Positions 36,675 to 45,672 are shown, counted from the stretch's first letter. The stretch: DNA of 64,000 nt from Candidatus Nealsonbacteria bacterium (GCA_026016225.1 CP061210.1:130000-193999), one strand, 5' to 3'. A program made the numbers and translations. The notes: generated by a model not told the origin, from the sequence alone.

Positions 36675-37208
36675 TTAATCTCTTTGATAATTGTTTAGCT
36701 GATCTTGAAACTCTGTAATCAATGCATTTTTTTCATCTTCTGTTAATCTCTCGTCATCTCCTATTCTTTTTAATAGACGTGTCAAACTAGCTCTATGACG
36801 ACTAGTAGTTCCTGGCTGAGTTTGATGAGCTTGATGTAAGGCTTGATGCAATGGTGCTTGTGATGGTTGAACTTGTGGGGATTGAGAAGTATCGGTGCTA
36901 TCTTGACGATTTTCACGAACTATATCTTCCACTTGTCTCCTCACTCCTCTACTTTGATCATTTATATTTCCTGAATCGCTAACCGCTTGATTTTTCTTGG
37001 TAATTCTACTAATCACCTTGTTCCATTCCTTCATTTTTTTCCCCGACTTTTTAATTTCTTTCCGAAGTCTAATTGCCTCCTTGATTGCCCTTTTGCCCTC
37101 TTTTTTTAATTCTTTATCCGACAACTGTTGCTGATTTTGTTGCTGCTGCTGTTGCTGATTTTGTTGCCGAAGACTCTCTTCTTTATCGTCTAAATTGGAC
37201 AATATCAT
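36675..37208 (-). CDS. hypothetical Gln-rich protein
   Basis: 177-aa ORF with a QQNQQQQQQQNQQQ tract. A near-consensus promoter and a GGAGG lie upstream. Confidence 0.5.
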   Translation of the reverse strand: MILSNLDDKEESLRQQNQQQQQQQNQQQLSDKELKKEGKRAIKEAIRLRKEIKKSGKKMKEWNKVISRITKKNQAVSDSGNINDQSRGVRRQVEDIVRENRQDSTDTSQSPQVQPSQAPLHQALHQAHQTQPGTTSRHRASLTRLLKRIGDDERLTEDEKNALITEFQDQLNNYQRD

Positions 37209-37291
37209 TTTTAATTATAACCTCCAATATTTAATTTTTATTTTTCCCCTTAGTTTTATTATATGATTTATACTAAAGAGATTCTATTTAA

Positions 37292-37319
37292 ATTATATCA
37301 TATAATAAAATTTTGTCAA
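37292..37319 (-). promoter_or_regulatory. sigma70-type promoter TTGACA-16-TATAAT for the Gln-rich gene
   Basis: The minus strand reads ACCCTTGACAAAATTTTATTATATGATATAAT, with both hexamers perfect. Confidence 0.7.
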
Positions 37320-37329
37320 GGGTTAACAT

Positions 37330-37755
37330 ATGATTAAAGAATTAACACAAAAAGAATACTGGGAACTTTTTCAAAAACTTCCTGACGAATTAAAAACTCA
37401 AACCTTATCTGAAGAAACAGCTAAGAATATTTTTGATATTTGTCAAAGAAATGACGTAAATGTAGAAGAAATATCAAAAGTAGCCAGTTATGTCGGTCAA
37501 GTTCTACTTGGAATACTTCCACCAGATGAATTTCAAGAAGCGATAGAAAAAGAAGTAAAGTTAGAAAAAGAAATTGCAAAAAAGGTTGCGCAGGAAATTT
37601 ATCGTTTTGTTTTTTATCCGGTAAAATCGAGTTTAGAAGAACTCTATAAAATAGAAATTGCACCTTTAGCCAAAATGAAGATTACCCCGCCTCCGCAAGA
37701 AAAACCACCCACTCCGCCCAAGAAAGAGGATGTATATAGAGAACCGGTTAAGTAA
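37330..37755 (+). CDS. hypothetical protein with Pro-rich C-terminus
   Basis: 141-aa ORF inside the T4SS-like locus. No motif recognised. Confidence 0.45.
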   Translation: MIKELTQKEYWELFQKLPDELKTQTLSEETAKNIFDICQRNDVNVEEISKVASYVGQVLLGILPPDEFQEAIEKEVKLEKEIAKKVAQEIYRFVFYPVKSSLEELYKIEIAPLAKMKITPPPQEKPPTPPKKEDVYREPVK

Positions 37756-37770
37756 TTTGTATCTACTAAT

Positions 37771-38184
37771 ATGCGTTTTACAATTCCTCAATTTATTGAA
37801 CACGAAGCAAAAATAATAGGTCCCTTAACCTTCAAACAGTTTATTTTTGTGGGCATTGCAGGAGCTATTTGTTTTGTGCTTTATTTTACTGTTTCTTTCA
37901 CTATATTTTTACTCTCCTGTATTGTTTTGGGAGGAATAGCTTTAGCGTTTGCTTTTTTAAAGATAAATAATATGCCTCTTCCCGGTTTTATTGCCAATTT
38001 TCTAAAATATAATCTTTCGCCAAAAATGTACCTTTGGGAGAAAAAAGGGATTAAAGAAAGGGAATTTGAAGAACAAATAATTATAAAAAAAGAAGAAATC
38101 GCGGAAGATGAACTTCCTTTAAAAATTGGAGGAAAGAGTCGTTTAAAAAAGATGAAAACACAAATTGAAACAAGAGGTAAATAA
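37771..38184 (+). CDS. PrgI-like (VirB3-analogous) small membrane protein
   Basis: MRFTIPQFIEHEAKIIGPLTFKQFIFVG followed by two TM helices, the pattern of PrgI-family proteins that precede VirB4 in Gram-positive T4SS. Confidence 0.6.
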   Translation: MRFTIPQFIEHEAKIIGPLTFKQFIFVGIAGAICFVLYFTVSFTIFLLSCIVLGGIALAFAFLKINNMPLPGFIANFLKYNLSPKMYLWEKKGIKEREFEEQIIIKKEEIAEDELPLKIGGKSRLKKMKTQIETRGK

Positions 38185-38228
38185 TAATTCACATTACATA
38201 TAAATAATAAAAAATTATAGATTCTTTA

Positions 38229-38873
38229 TTGTCTATGCCTAAATCTGCTACCCAACAACTTTTAGAAGTAGATAAAATTAAAGAGGGAGTAGTTGTTTTG
38301 AAAAATAAGGCTTTAAGGGGAATACTAATGGTCTCTTCACTTAATTTTGCTTTAAAATCTGAAGAAGAACAAAAAGCTATTATCTATCAATTCCAGAGTT
38401 TTTTAAACTCTCTTGATTTTTCTTTAGAGATAATTATCCAATCAAGAAAATTAAATATCACCGGCTATCTGGATAAATTAAAAGAGTTGGGAATTAAAGA
38501 AAAAAACGAACTTTTAAAACTACAAATTGGAGAGTATGAAAAATTTATCGAAGAGTTAATTGCGGGCGGAGCAATTATGTCAAAGAATTTTTTTGTGGTT
38601 GTGCCCTTTATCCTTGCCGAACTTCCAAGATTAATAAAAAGCGAAGACGATGCAAAAAAGACAAAAAAAACCCTTACGGAAGAAAGGTTTCAAAGAGCTA
38701 AAATACAGCTCTGGCAAAGAATGGAATTTGTCGCTTTAGGTCTAAGGAGGTGCGGTCTTCAGGGCATACCTTTAAATACTATTGAATTAATTGAGCTTTT
38801 CTGGAGTTTATACCACCCTGAACAAGCAGAGGTCGGATATTATCCAGAAATCCCTCCTGAGTTATCACAATAA
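38229..38873 (+). CDS. hypothetical T4SS-locus protein resembling the non-ATPase N-terminal region of VirB4-type proteins
   Basis: 214 aa. LEVDKIKEGVVVLKNKALRGILMVSSLNFALKSEEEQKAIIYQFQSFLNSL follows the pattern seen at VirB4/TraE N-termini. The stop lies 1 nt before the VirB4-like start. Confidence 0.35.
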   Translation: MSMPKSATQQLLEVDKIKEGVVVLKNKALRGILMVSSLNFALKSEEEQKAIIYQFQSFLNSLDFSLEIIIQSRKLNITGYLDKLKELGIKEKNELLKLQIGEYEKFIEELIAGGAIMSKNFFVVVPFILAELPRLIKSEDDAKKTKKTLTEERFQRAKIQLWQRMEFVALGLRRCGLQGIPLNTIELIELFWSLYHPEQAEVGYYPEIPPELSQ

Positions 38874-38874
38874 G

Positions 38875-41800
38875 ATGAAATTTCCATTTTTTAAAAAAAG
38901 AAAAGAGCTTCCAAAACAAATCTTTGAAGCTACAACAATAGGGATAAAAGATATTATTGCTCCTTCAGCCCTCACCTCATTAAAACCAGACTATTTAAAA
39001 TTGGGTAAAAGATTAGCCAAGTCTTTTTTTATCTTTTCTTATCCAAGATATATAACTACCGGATGGTTTTCTCCCATTGTTAATCTGGACACACCAATGA
39101 ACATTGCTGTTCACATCAATCCTATCGACACTGGAACCATTTTAAAAGAGTTAAGAAAGAAGGTGACAGAGGTTACGGCTGAAATTATGGAAAGACAGGA
39201 AAAGGGGCTTATCAGAGACCCTGCTTTAGAAATTGCATATAGAGACCTTGAAGATTTAAGGGATAAATTACAAACTGCCCAAGAAAGGATGTTTAAACTT
39301 GGCGTTTATTTAACCGTTCTCGGAGATAACACTCAGCAATTAAAAGAGGTGGAAACAACCTTAAGGTCGATGTTGGAGTCAAGATTAATTTATATTAAAC
39401 CTGCTCTTTACCAACAGCTGGAGGGTTTTAATTCTACAGCTCCTTATGGTTTAGACCAACTTCGAGTCTACACCTCAATGAACACCGCTCCCCTTTCATC
39501 AACCTTCCCCTTTGTTTCTTTTGACCTGAGTTCCAGTGAAGGAATTTTATACGGTATTAACAGACACAACAATTCTTTAATTTTATTTGACCGCTTTAGT
39601 CTGGAAAATGCTAATGAAGTTTTATTTGGTAAGGCGGGCTCAGGAAAGTCAATCCTCGGTTCTGAACCAGTTTTAATAAAAAATAAAGATAAAGTTCAAT
39701 TAATAAAAATAGGGCCTTTAGTGAAAAAGTTAATTAAAAAACACGGGATAACTCAAATTGATGAAGAATTAGAAGGAGTAATTAATCCTGAAATTAGAGT
39801 TTATAGTTTTGATAAAAACTTAAAAGGAAAGTGGTCAAAGGTTACGGTAGCCGCCAGAAAAAAAGCGCCAAAAATTTTCTATAAATTCACTACTAAGAGT
39901 GGTAGAAAAATTACTACAACTGGCGATCATAATATGTTGATTCTAAAAAATGGGAAAATAGTGGCCGCTAAAAGCTCTGAAATAAGAGAGGGTGAATTTG
40001 TTCCTTTACCCCGGGAGGTCTCTGAAACTGACTCTCCTTTAAAATCTTTAAATCTTTTAGAATTACTTAGATATTCAAAAGGGATTTATGTAACAGGTGG
40101 AGAACATTTAATTAGAGAAAATTATAAGAAATTAAAGAGGGCTAATTTAGATAAAAGCTTTAATCGCTATCTTTACAATTATAAATCTGGCCGTCGTGTT
40201 CCTCTTCAATATCTCTGGAAAATATTGGATTACCTTAAAATTAAACCTAATAGCCTAAAACTTAAAAACTTAAAAGTTATTTCAAAAAACGGGAAAAAGC
40301 AATATTCTTTAGATGTTAATTTTCAAATCACGTCAGAGTTTTTAAAGCTAGCTGGTTTCATTGCAGCTGAAGGAACAATTGGAGCCGATTTCATAATGAT
40401 TAGTAATAAAGATAGAGAAGTTCTTAGGGAAATAGATTGCTCTCTTTCGAAATTGAAAGTTCCTTTTTATTATGGAAACCGAGGTATAGTCATTGCTTCT
40501 CGAGTATTTATAGAAATAGTAAAAGCTTTAGGGGGGCAAGGAAAATCAAAACAAAAGAAAATTTTACCGGTTATATTTAATTTAAAAAAAGAAAAAATTG
40601 CTAAATATTTATCAGCTTATTTTGAAGGAGATGGAGGAGTAGAAAATAATGTTTATATTTCAGCAGTCTCAAAATCTAAAAGATTAATTTCAGAAATCAG
40701 CTATCTTCTATATTATTTTGGAATTATTGGGAGAATATCAAAGGCAAAAAAGAAAGCTCCTAATTGGAAGTATAAGAAGGTTTACTGGAAGATTACTATT
40801 TCAGGACAAAAAAACCTCCGGAAGTTTGCCGAGAATATTAATTTTATTTCGGAAAGAAAAAGGAAACAACTTTCTGAAACTATTAAAAAAGAGGGGAACA
40901 CCAATGTCGATATCATTCCAAGATTAGAACCCATCTTTAAAGAGATTTACGAGCTCTTCTCTCCTCATCTTTATGGAATAACAGAAATATCTGAATGGAA
41001 AAGAGGGGTTCGTCATCCTTCTCCTCATCATTTACTAAAAGTAATCAATAAAATTGAAGAAAGAATTAAGCATTTTAAAGATTTAGCTTCTACTTTTAGA
41101 ATCTTAAGCGAGCTCCCAGAATTAGTTACAATAGTTAATTTAGGGAAGAATAATAAAAAATTAAATAGGGCTTTATGGCAAGCTTTGGGTCAGAACTGGC
41201 GAGTAGTAAAAAATGAAGGAGTTAAACCCTTTTGCCGTAATGCTTTTAAAATAATTGAAACAGTAAATGATCAATTTTATTCTTTAAAAAATCTTAAAAA
41301 AACAATCCATTTAGGCTTTCAAGAAATGGGTCTTCCTGTGAAATATTACGATCCCTCTTTACAATCAGCTCTAGTGACAAGACCTGAAAGTAATACAAAT
41401 TACGAAACAATTCAAAAAGCCGCTCAGTTTATTTGGCAAAATTATCAAGAGACTTTAGTAAATAAAATTCCTCAGGTTGAGGAAAAATTGGCTCAACTGA
41501 AAATTTTAGCCGATTCTGATCTTTTCTGGGACCCAATTGTTAAAATTAAGAGAATTAAAAACAAAAAAGAGAAATATGTTTATGACTTAACTGTTGATAA
41601 TGAAGTGTTTTTGGCTGGTGCTGAAGGGATGTTTGTTCATAACTCTTACGCTGTTAAAGTAGATATTATAAGGTCTTTAATGTTAGGGGTTGATGTAATG
41701 GTCCTTGACCCCGAAAACGAGTATAAACACTTAGCTGAGGCAGTAGGAGGCTCTTTTTTCAATATTTCTTTAGCTTCACCAAATCATATCAATCCTTTTG

Positions 41801-42657
41801 ATTTACCTACTCCAAGAGAAGATGAAAAACCAGAAGATGTTTTGAGGTCAAATATTATCAATTTAGTAGGACTCTTGAGAATTATGTTGGGAGGGCTTAC
41901 ACCCGAAGAAGATGCAATTATAGACCAGGCTTTAGCTGAAACCTATGCTGCAAAAGATATTACACCTGAAAGCAACCCATCCACCTGGCAGGAAAGGATA
42001 CCCCTAATGAAGGATTTTGAAGCTGTTTTAGAGGGAATGGAAGGAGCTGAGTCACTGGTAAGAAGAGTAAGGAAATTTACCAAAGGAACCTTTTCTCAGT
42101 TTTTCAACCAACCAACAAACATCACTATGGATAAACCTTTTGTTTCTTTTGGAATAAGGGATATGGAAGATGAATTAAGACCGATAGCAATGTTTATCAT
42201 TATGCGCTATATCTGGAATAAAGTCAGGTCAGAACTAAAAAAGAGAGTTTTAGTTGTTGATGAGGCTTGGTGGATAATGCAAAACGAAGATGGAGCTTCT
42301 TTCCTTTATGGAATCTGTAAGAGGGGTAGAAAATATTGGTTAGGGGTAACCACTATATCGCAAGACCTTAATGATTTTATGAAGTCTGCCTACGGACAAC
42401 CAATTATTACCAACTCTTCCTTGCAGATTTTAATGAAACAATCACCAGCCACTATTGATGCTGTAAAAAAAGCTTTTAACTTAACCGAGGAGGAAAAATA
42501 CATCTTATTGGAAGCTGAGGTAGGGGAAGGAATATTTTTTGCAGGACAAAAGCATGTGGCTATGAAAGTGGTAGCTTCTTACACCGAAGACCAAATAGTT
42601 ACCACCAGCCCTGAAGAGGTTTTAAGGATAAAAAAAGCTAAAGAAGGAACTCTTTAG
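38875..42657 (+). CDS. VirB4-like T4SS ATPase interrupted by an intein
   Basis: Walker A FGKAGSGK|S is split by the insert, Walker B is VLVVDEAWWIM, and GVTTISQDLNDF is also present. The ATG at 38875 is preferred over the track start at 38791. Exteins sum to about 595 aa. Confidence 0.85.
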   Translation: MKFPFFKKRKELPKQIFEATTIGIKDIIAPSALTSLKPDYLKLGKRLAKSFFIFSYPRYITTGWFSPIVNLDTPMNIAVHINPIDTGTILKELRKKVTEVTAEIMERQEKGLIRDPALEIAYRDLEDLRDKLQTAQERMFKLGVYLTVLGDNTQQLKEVETTLRSMLESRLIYIKPALYQQLEGFNSTAPYGLDQLRVYTSMNTAPLSSTFPFVSFDLSSSEGILYGINRHNNSLILFDRFSLENANEVLFGKAGSGKSILGSEPVLIKNKDKVQLIKIGPLVKKLIKKHGITQIDEELEGVINPEIRVYSFDKNLKGKWSKVTVAARKKAPKIFYKFTTKSGRKITTTGDHNMLILKNGKIVAAKSSEIREGEFVPLPREVSETDSPLKSLNLLELLRYSKGIYVTGGEHLIRENYKKLKRANLDKSFNRYLYNYKSGRRVPLQYLWKILDYLKIKPNSLKLKNLKVISKNGKKQYSLDVNFQITSEFLKLAGFIAAEGTIGADFIMISNKDREVLREIDCSLSKLKVPFYYGNRGIVIASRVFIEIVKALGGQGKSKQKKILPVIFNLKKEKIAKYLSAYFEGDGGVENNVYISAVSKSKRLISEISYLLYYFGIIGRISKAKKKAPNWKYKKVYWKITISGQKNLRKFAENINFISERKRKQLSETIKKEGNTNVDIIPRLEPIFKEIYELFSPHLYGITEISEWKRGVRHPSPHHLLKVINKIEERIKHFKDLASTFRILSELPELVTIVNLGKNNKKLNRALWQALGQNWRVVKNEGVKPFCRNAFKIIETVNDQFYSLKNLKKTIHLGFQEMGLPVKYYDPSLQSALVTRPESNTNYETIQKAAQFIWQNYQETLVNKIPQVEEKLAQLKILADSDLFWDPIVKIKRIKNKKEKYVYDLTVDNEVFLAGAEGMFVHNSYAVKVDIIRSLMLGVDVMVLDPENEYKHLAEAVGGSFFNISLASPNHINPFDLPTPREDEKPEDVLRSNIINLVGLLRIMLGGLTPEEDAIIDQALAETYAAKDITPESNPSTWQERIPLMKDFEAVLEGMEGAESLVRRVRKFTKGTFSQFFNQPTNITMDKPFVSFGIRDMEDELRPIAMFIIMRYIWNKVRSELKKRVLVVDEAWWIMQNEDGASFLYGICKRGRKYWLGVTTISQDLNDFMKSAYGQPIITNSSLQILMKQSPATIDAVKKAFNLTEEEKYILLEAEVGEGIFFAGQKHVAMKVVASYTEDQIVTTSPEEVLRIKKAKEGTL
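39649..41643 (+). mobile_element. 665-aa intein with LAGLIDADG homing-endonuclease domain, inserted in the VirB4 P-loop
   Basis: It starts SILGSEPVLIK (Ser1, block A-like). Block B is TTTGDHNML. The LAGLIDADG motifs are LKLAGFIAAEGTIG and LSAYFEGDGGVE. The C-terminus is VYDLTVDNEVFLAGAEGMFVHN, followed by +1 Ser (SYAVK). Confidence 0.8.
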
Positions 42658-42725
42658 TAAATCTTTTATGCTCGCACTAATAAAAAAAGAGGGGTTAAAT
42701 AAAACTCCCTCGTTTTAAAATTTGA

Positions 42726-43916
42726 TTATAGAAGCCATTCAGCGTAGTAACCTTGAGTAAGTTCAGTTTTAGCCGTAGCATCAGACCTTATAGTGTAAAT
42801 GTAACTGTCTTCATAAGACGGACCGACCGCATAAACAAGCCATTGTCCATCAGGCGACCAGGAAGGAGATTCTACTTCTACATATACTCTACCCAATTCT
42901 ATTTTACCAGTCCCGTCAGTGTTTATAATATAATAGATATTTCCCGCAGTAAAATTACTATAGTAGAGAATCTTTGTTCCGTCGGGCGACCAAATTAAAC
43001 AACTATCCCACTTGTCTACCTCAGAATCTACCTTAGTTTTACCTGTTCCATCAGGATTTATAAAACAGAGAGTTGAATTTTGTTCAATTACGTAGGCAAT
43101 TTTTTCTCCATTAGGTGACCATCTAATGCGGCTGCCTCCTATTTTTTCATCATCTATCTTAGTTTTTCCCGTTCCGTCAACGTTTATGATACAAAGGTAT
43201 CCAGAATCATCTCCGTAAACAATTTTTTCTCCATTAGGAGACCAAGAAGGTAGGTGTCCACCACAGCTATCAAGTTGAATTTTTCCGGTTCCGTCAACAT
43301 TAATGACATATAAAGAGCCATCCCAGCCAAGGCAGAGAATCTTTGTTCCATCAGGTGACCAGAAAGCAGTGAAGGGGTTATCAAGTAGTTGAATTTTTCC
43401 GGTTCCGTCAACGTTAATGACATGTATAGACATATTCCAACGGCAGAGAAGCTTTGTTCCATCAGGTGACCATTCAGCAACACTACATCCCTCATCAAGC
43501 ACAGTTTTACCTGTGCCATCAGTGTTTATAACATATAAGGTAGAGGATATAGTATAGGCAATCTTTTCCCCATCAGGTGATAAATGGGGAAAAAAGATAG
43601 AATGGGAAAAAATTCCTGTATCAATCTCTATCTTGTCTGTTCCGTCAGCATTAATAATGGATATATTGCAAAATGTCTCTCCCGTTGATGTTTTTCCTTG
43701 TGAAATAAAAAGGATTTTTCTTTCAGGTAGAATTTCTTCTGGTTCTTCGTCTGGTTCTTCGTCTATTATTTCTTCATCCTCATCTTCTCCTGGAACTCCA
43801 TCTTCTATTTCATTTTCTGACATCTGCATAAGATAGCAAGCAAGTCCTATCCCTCCAGATATCATAATAGCAATCAACACCACAGCAACAATAGCTATTT
43901 TAATCTTCTTTTTCAT
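42726..43916 (-). CDS. membrane-anchored beta-propeller repeat protein (PD40/TolB-like repeats)
   Basis: An N-terminal TM helix and an acidic linker are followed by about 8 repeats of the I/VINxDGTGK...WSPDG(T/E)KI pattern. Confidence 0.7.
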   Translation of the reverse strand: MKKKIKIAIVAVVLIAIMISGGIGLACYLMQMSENEIEDGVPGEDEDEEIIDEEPDEEPEEILPERKILFISQGKTSTGETFCNISIINADGTDKIEIDTGIFSHSIFFPHLSPDGEKIAYTISSTLYVINTDGTGKTVLDEGCSVAEWSPDGTKLLCRWNMSIHVINVDGTGKIQLLDNPFTAFWSPDGTKILCLGWDGSLYVINVDGTGKIQLDSCGGHLPSWSPNGEKIVYGDDSGYLCIINVDGTGKTKIDDEKIGGSRIRWSPNGEKIAYVIEQNSTLCFINPDGTGKTKVDSEVDKWDSCLIWSPDGTKILYYSNFTAGNIYYIINTDGTGKIELGRVYVEVESPSWSPDGQWLVYAVGPSYEDSYIYTIRSDATAKTELTQGYYAEWLL

Positions 43917-43968
43917 TCTATTATCACCACTTTTTAATATATTTTTATTTAAATGTTCTATTATTTAT

Positions 43969-43996
43969 ATAATATATACTTTTAAAATTTTGTCAA
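43969..43996 (-). promoter_or_regulatory. putative promoter TTGACA-16-TATTAT for the propeller gene
   Basis: The minus strand reads ACCCTTGACAAAATTTT..., sharing a 17-mer with the promoter at 37292-37319. It overlaps the jag stop codon. Confidence 0.45.
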
Positions 43997-44454
43997 GGGT
44001 AGGGTCTTATTATTACTCTTCTTTCAGGTTCTTTGCCAATACTCTCTGTAGCTATATTGCTTCTCTCTGCTAATTCCATATGAATAACTCTTCTTTCATA
44101 AGCTGGCATAGGGGGAAGATTTTTTTCTTCTTTCATTAAAGAAACTTCATCTGCAACCGACCTGGCTAATTCTTTTAAATACTCAACTTTTTTCTTTTTG
44201 TAGCCGTTAATATCTAAATCAATATAGAAGTTTTCTTGAATTTTTCTTTTTAAAATTGCTTTTAATAAGCGCTGTATATCAACTAAGGTCTGCCCTTTTT
44301 CCCCGATTAAAATCTGGGGCTCTTCTGTTTCTAAGTTTATGGGCAGGGTAATGTCTTTTTGAGGTAAAAACTCAATTTCTACATCAAAAGTAGTTTTTTT
44401 AAAAAATTCTTTTGTAATTTGTTTAATTTCTTCTAAATTACTTGGGCTTATCAT
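43993..44454 (-). CDS. jag: Jag/SpoIIIJ-associated RNA-binding protein (KH + R3H)
   Basis: GEKGQTLVDIQRLL (KH-like) and PMPAYERRVIHMELAE (R3H). It lies downstream of yidC. Confidence 0.8.
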   Translation of the reverse strand: MISPSNLEEIKQITKEFFKKTTFDVEIEFLPQKDITLPINLETEEPQILIGEKGQTLVDIQRLLKAILKRKIQENFYIDLDINGYKKKKVEYLKELARSVADEVSLMKEEKNLPPMPAYERRVIHMELAERSNIATESIGKEPERRVIIRPYP

Positions 44455-45166
44455 GATTTCTTAAGATATATTGCTGCCCCATTGAAAACAAAGAAGTGGT
44501 TATCCAATATAGTCCGAGAGCTGCTGGTAGTTTGGTAAGAAAAACAAAAGTAAAAACAGAAAGGAAATAAGGCGTTTGTTTTTGAGTCATTTCTGAAAAC
44601 CGCGAAATACTGTCTTTTTTCTTTGTTTTTTTAGATTTTATCTTTGGGCTTGCTGTTTTTAATTGAAAGAATTGAACAACAGCGGTCAAAACTGCCAATA
44701 ATATGTTGGGTTCAGGGAGACTTATTAAACCCAAAAAAAGATAGTTAATTTCTCCGGGGTGGGAAATAAAACCGTAAAGATTATTCATTGACTCTGGCTG
44801 CAGGCCGCTCCTGAACACCTGAAAAAGAGCAATTAAAAGAGGTAATTGAATTAATAATGGTAAAAACACGCTAAAAGGACTTATTTTCTTTTCTTTATAA
44901 ACGTTTATTATTTCTTTTGCCTGTTGTTCTTGATTATTCTTATATTTTTTTTGAATTTCCTGAATTTTGGGCTGGATTTCACTCACGGTCTGTTGATATC
45001 TTATACTCTGTGTCATTAACGGATAAAGAATTAATCTCAGTAAAAAAGTTAAAACAATTACCGCCAAACCAAAATCATTACCGGGTAAATATTTATATAA
45101 TAAAATCAAGACGTTAAACAACGGTCGATACAATAAGGTGTGAAAAGTTTCTGTGAGTAAATTCAT
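44438..45166 (-). CDS. yidC: membrane protein insertase YidC
   Basis: GLAVIVLTFLLRLILYPL, the PLLIQLPLLIALF helix, and position in the rnpA-yidC-jag order. Confidence 0.85.
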   Translation of the reverse strand: MNLLTETFHTLLYRPLFNVLILLYKYLPGNDFGLAVIVLTFLLRLILYPLMTQSIRYQQTVSEIQPKIQEIQKKYKNNQEQQAKEIINVYKEKKISPFSVFLPLLIQLPLLIALFQVFRSGLQPESMNNLYGFISHPGEINYLFLGLISLPEPNILLAVLTAVVQFFQLKTASPKIKSKKTKKKDSISRFSEMTQKQTPYFLSVFTFVFLTKLPAALGLYWITTSLFSMGQQYILRNHDKPK

Positions 45167-45188
45167 AAATTTCTTGATTACGAAGTAA

Positions 45189-45533
45189 TCAAAAGTTCAA
45201 AATTTCTGCCCTTTTAAATAGCTTTTCTATTGTTTTTTTGATTGTCTGAAAATCTTTTGTCTCCAAACCTGGAAGGGCTATTAATACAATGTCTGCCTTT
45301 TTACTTATATTTTTTGCTATTTCTTTAATTGCTTCGCGAAGTCTTCTTTTAACTTTATTTCTGACAACAGCTTTTTTGGAAACCTTCTGAGAAACTATAA
45401 ATCCAAAACGAAGTTCTTTTATTTTATTTTTTTTAATTTTCAAAATTAAAAAATCTTCCTTAAAACCCTTACCATTTTTAAAAACCTTTTCAAAGTCCTT
45501 TTTTTTTCTCAATCGATTCTTCTTTGGCAACAT
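45189..45533 (-). CDS. rnpA: ribonuclease P protein component
   Basis: 114 aa, basic. RFGFIVSQKVSKKAVVRNKVKRRLRE is the RnpA core. It follows rpmH. Confidence 0.85.
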   Translation of the reverse strand: MLPKKNRLRKKKDFEKVFKNGKGFKEDFLILKIKKNKIKELRFGFIVSQKVSKKAVVRNKVKRRLREAIKEIAKNISKKADIVLIALPGLETKDFQTIKKTIEKLFKRAEILNF

Positions 45534-45537
45534 TGAG

Positions 45538-45672
45538 TTATACTGTTAGTCTTTTCCGACCTTTTCTCCTTCTTCTTTTTAAAACTCTTCTTCCTGTCTT
45601 GGTTTTTTTTCTTTTTAAAAAACCGTGTGTTTTCTTTCTTTTTCTTTTTTTAGGATGATAAGTAATAGACAT
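45538..45672 (-). CDS. rpmH: 50S ribosomal protein L34 (below the ORF-track length cutoff)
   Basis: The reverse complement encodes [44 protein letters not shown], a typical L34. Confidence 0.9.
   Translation of the reverse strand: MSITYHPKKRKRKKTHGFLKRKKTKTGRRVLKRRRRKGRKRLTV

Noticed and set aside
38791-38874. The track start at 38791 for the VirB4-like ORF, which overlaps the preceding gene by 83 nt.
   Set aside because: The ATG at 38875 follows the upstream stop by 1 nt and begins MKFPFFKKRK. The extra 28 codons upstream are simply the alternative-frame read of the preceding gene's 3' end.
32686-43916. A diversity-generating retroelement targeting the Cys-rich pilin domain or the propeller repeats.
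   Set aside because: No reverse transcriptase ORF is present, and I could find no template/variable repeat pair with adenine-specific differences in the window. The propeller repeats differ at mixed positions.
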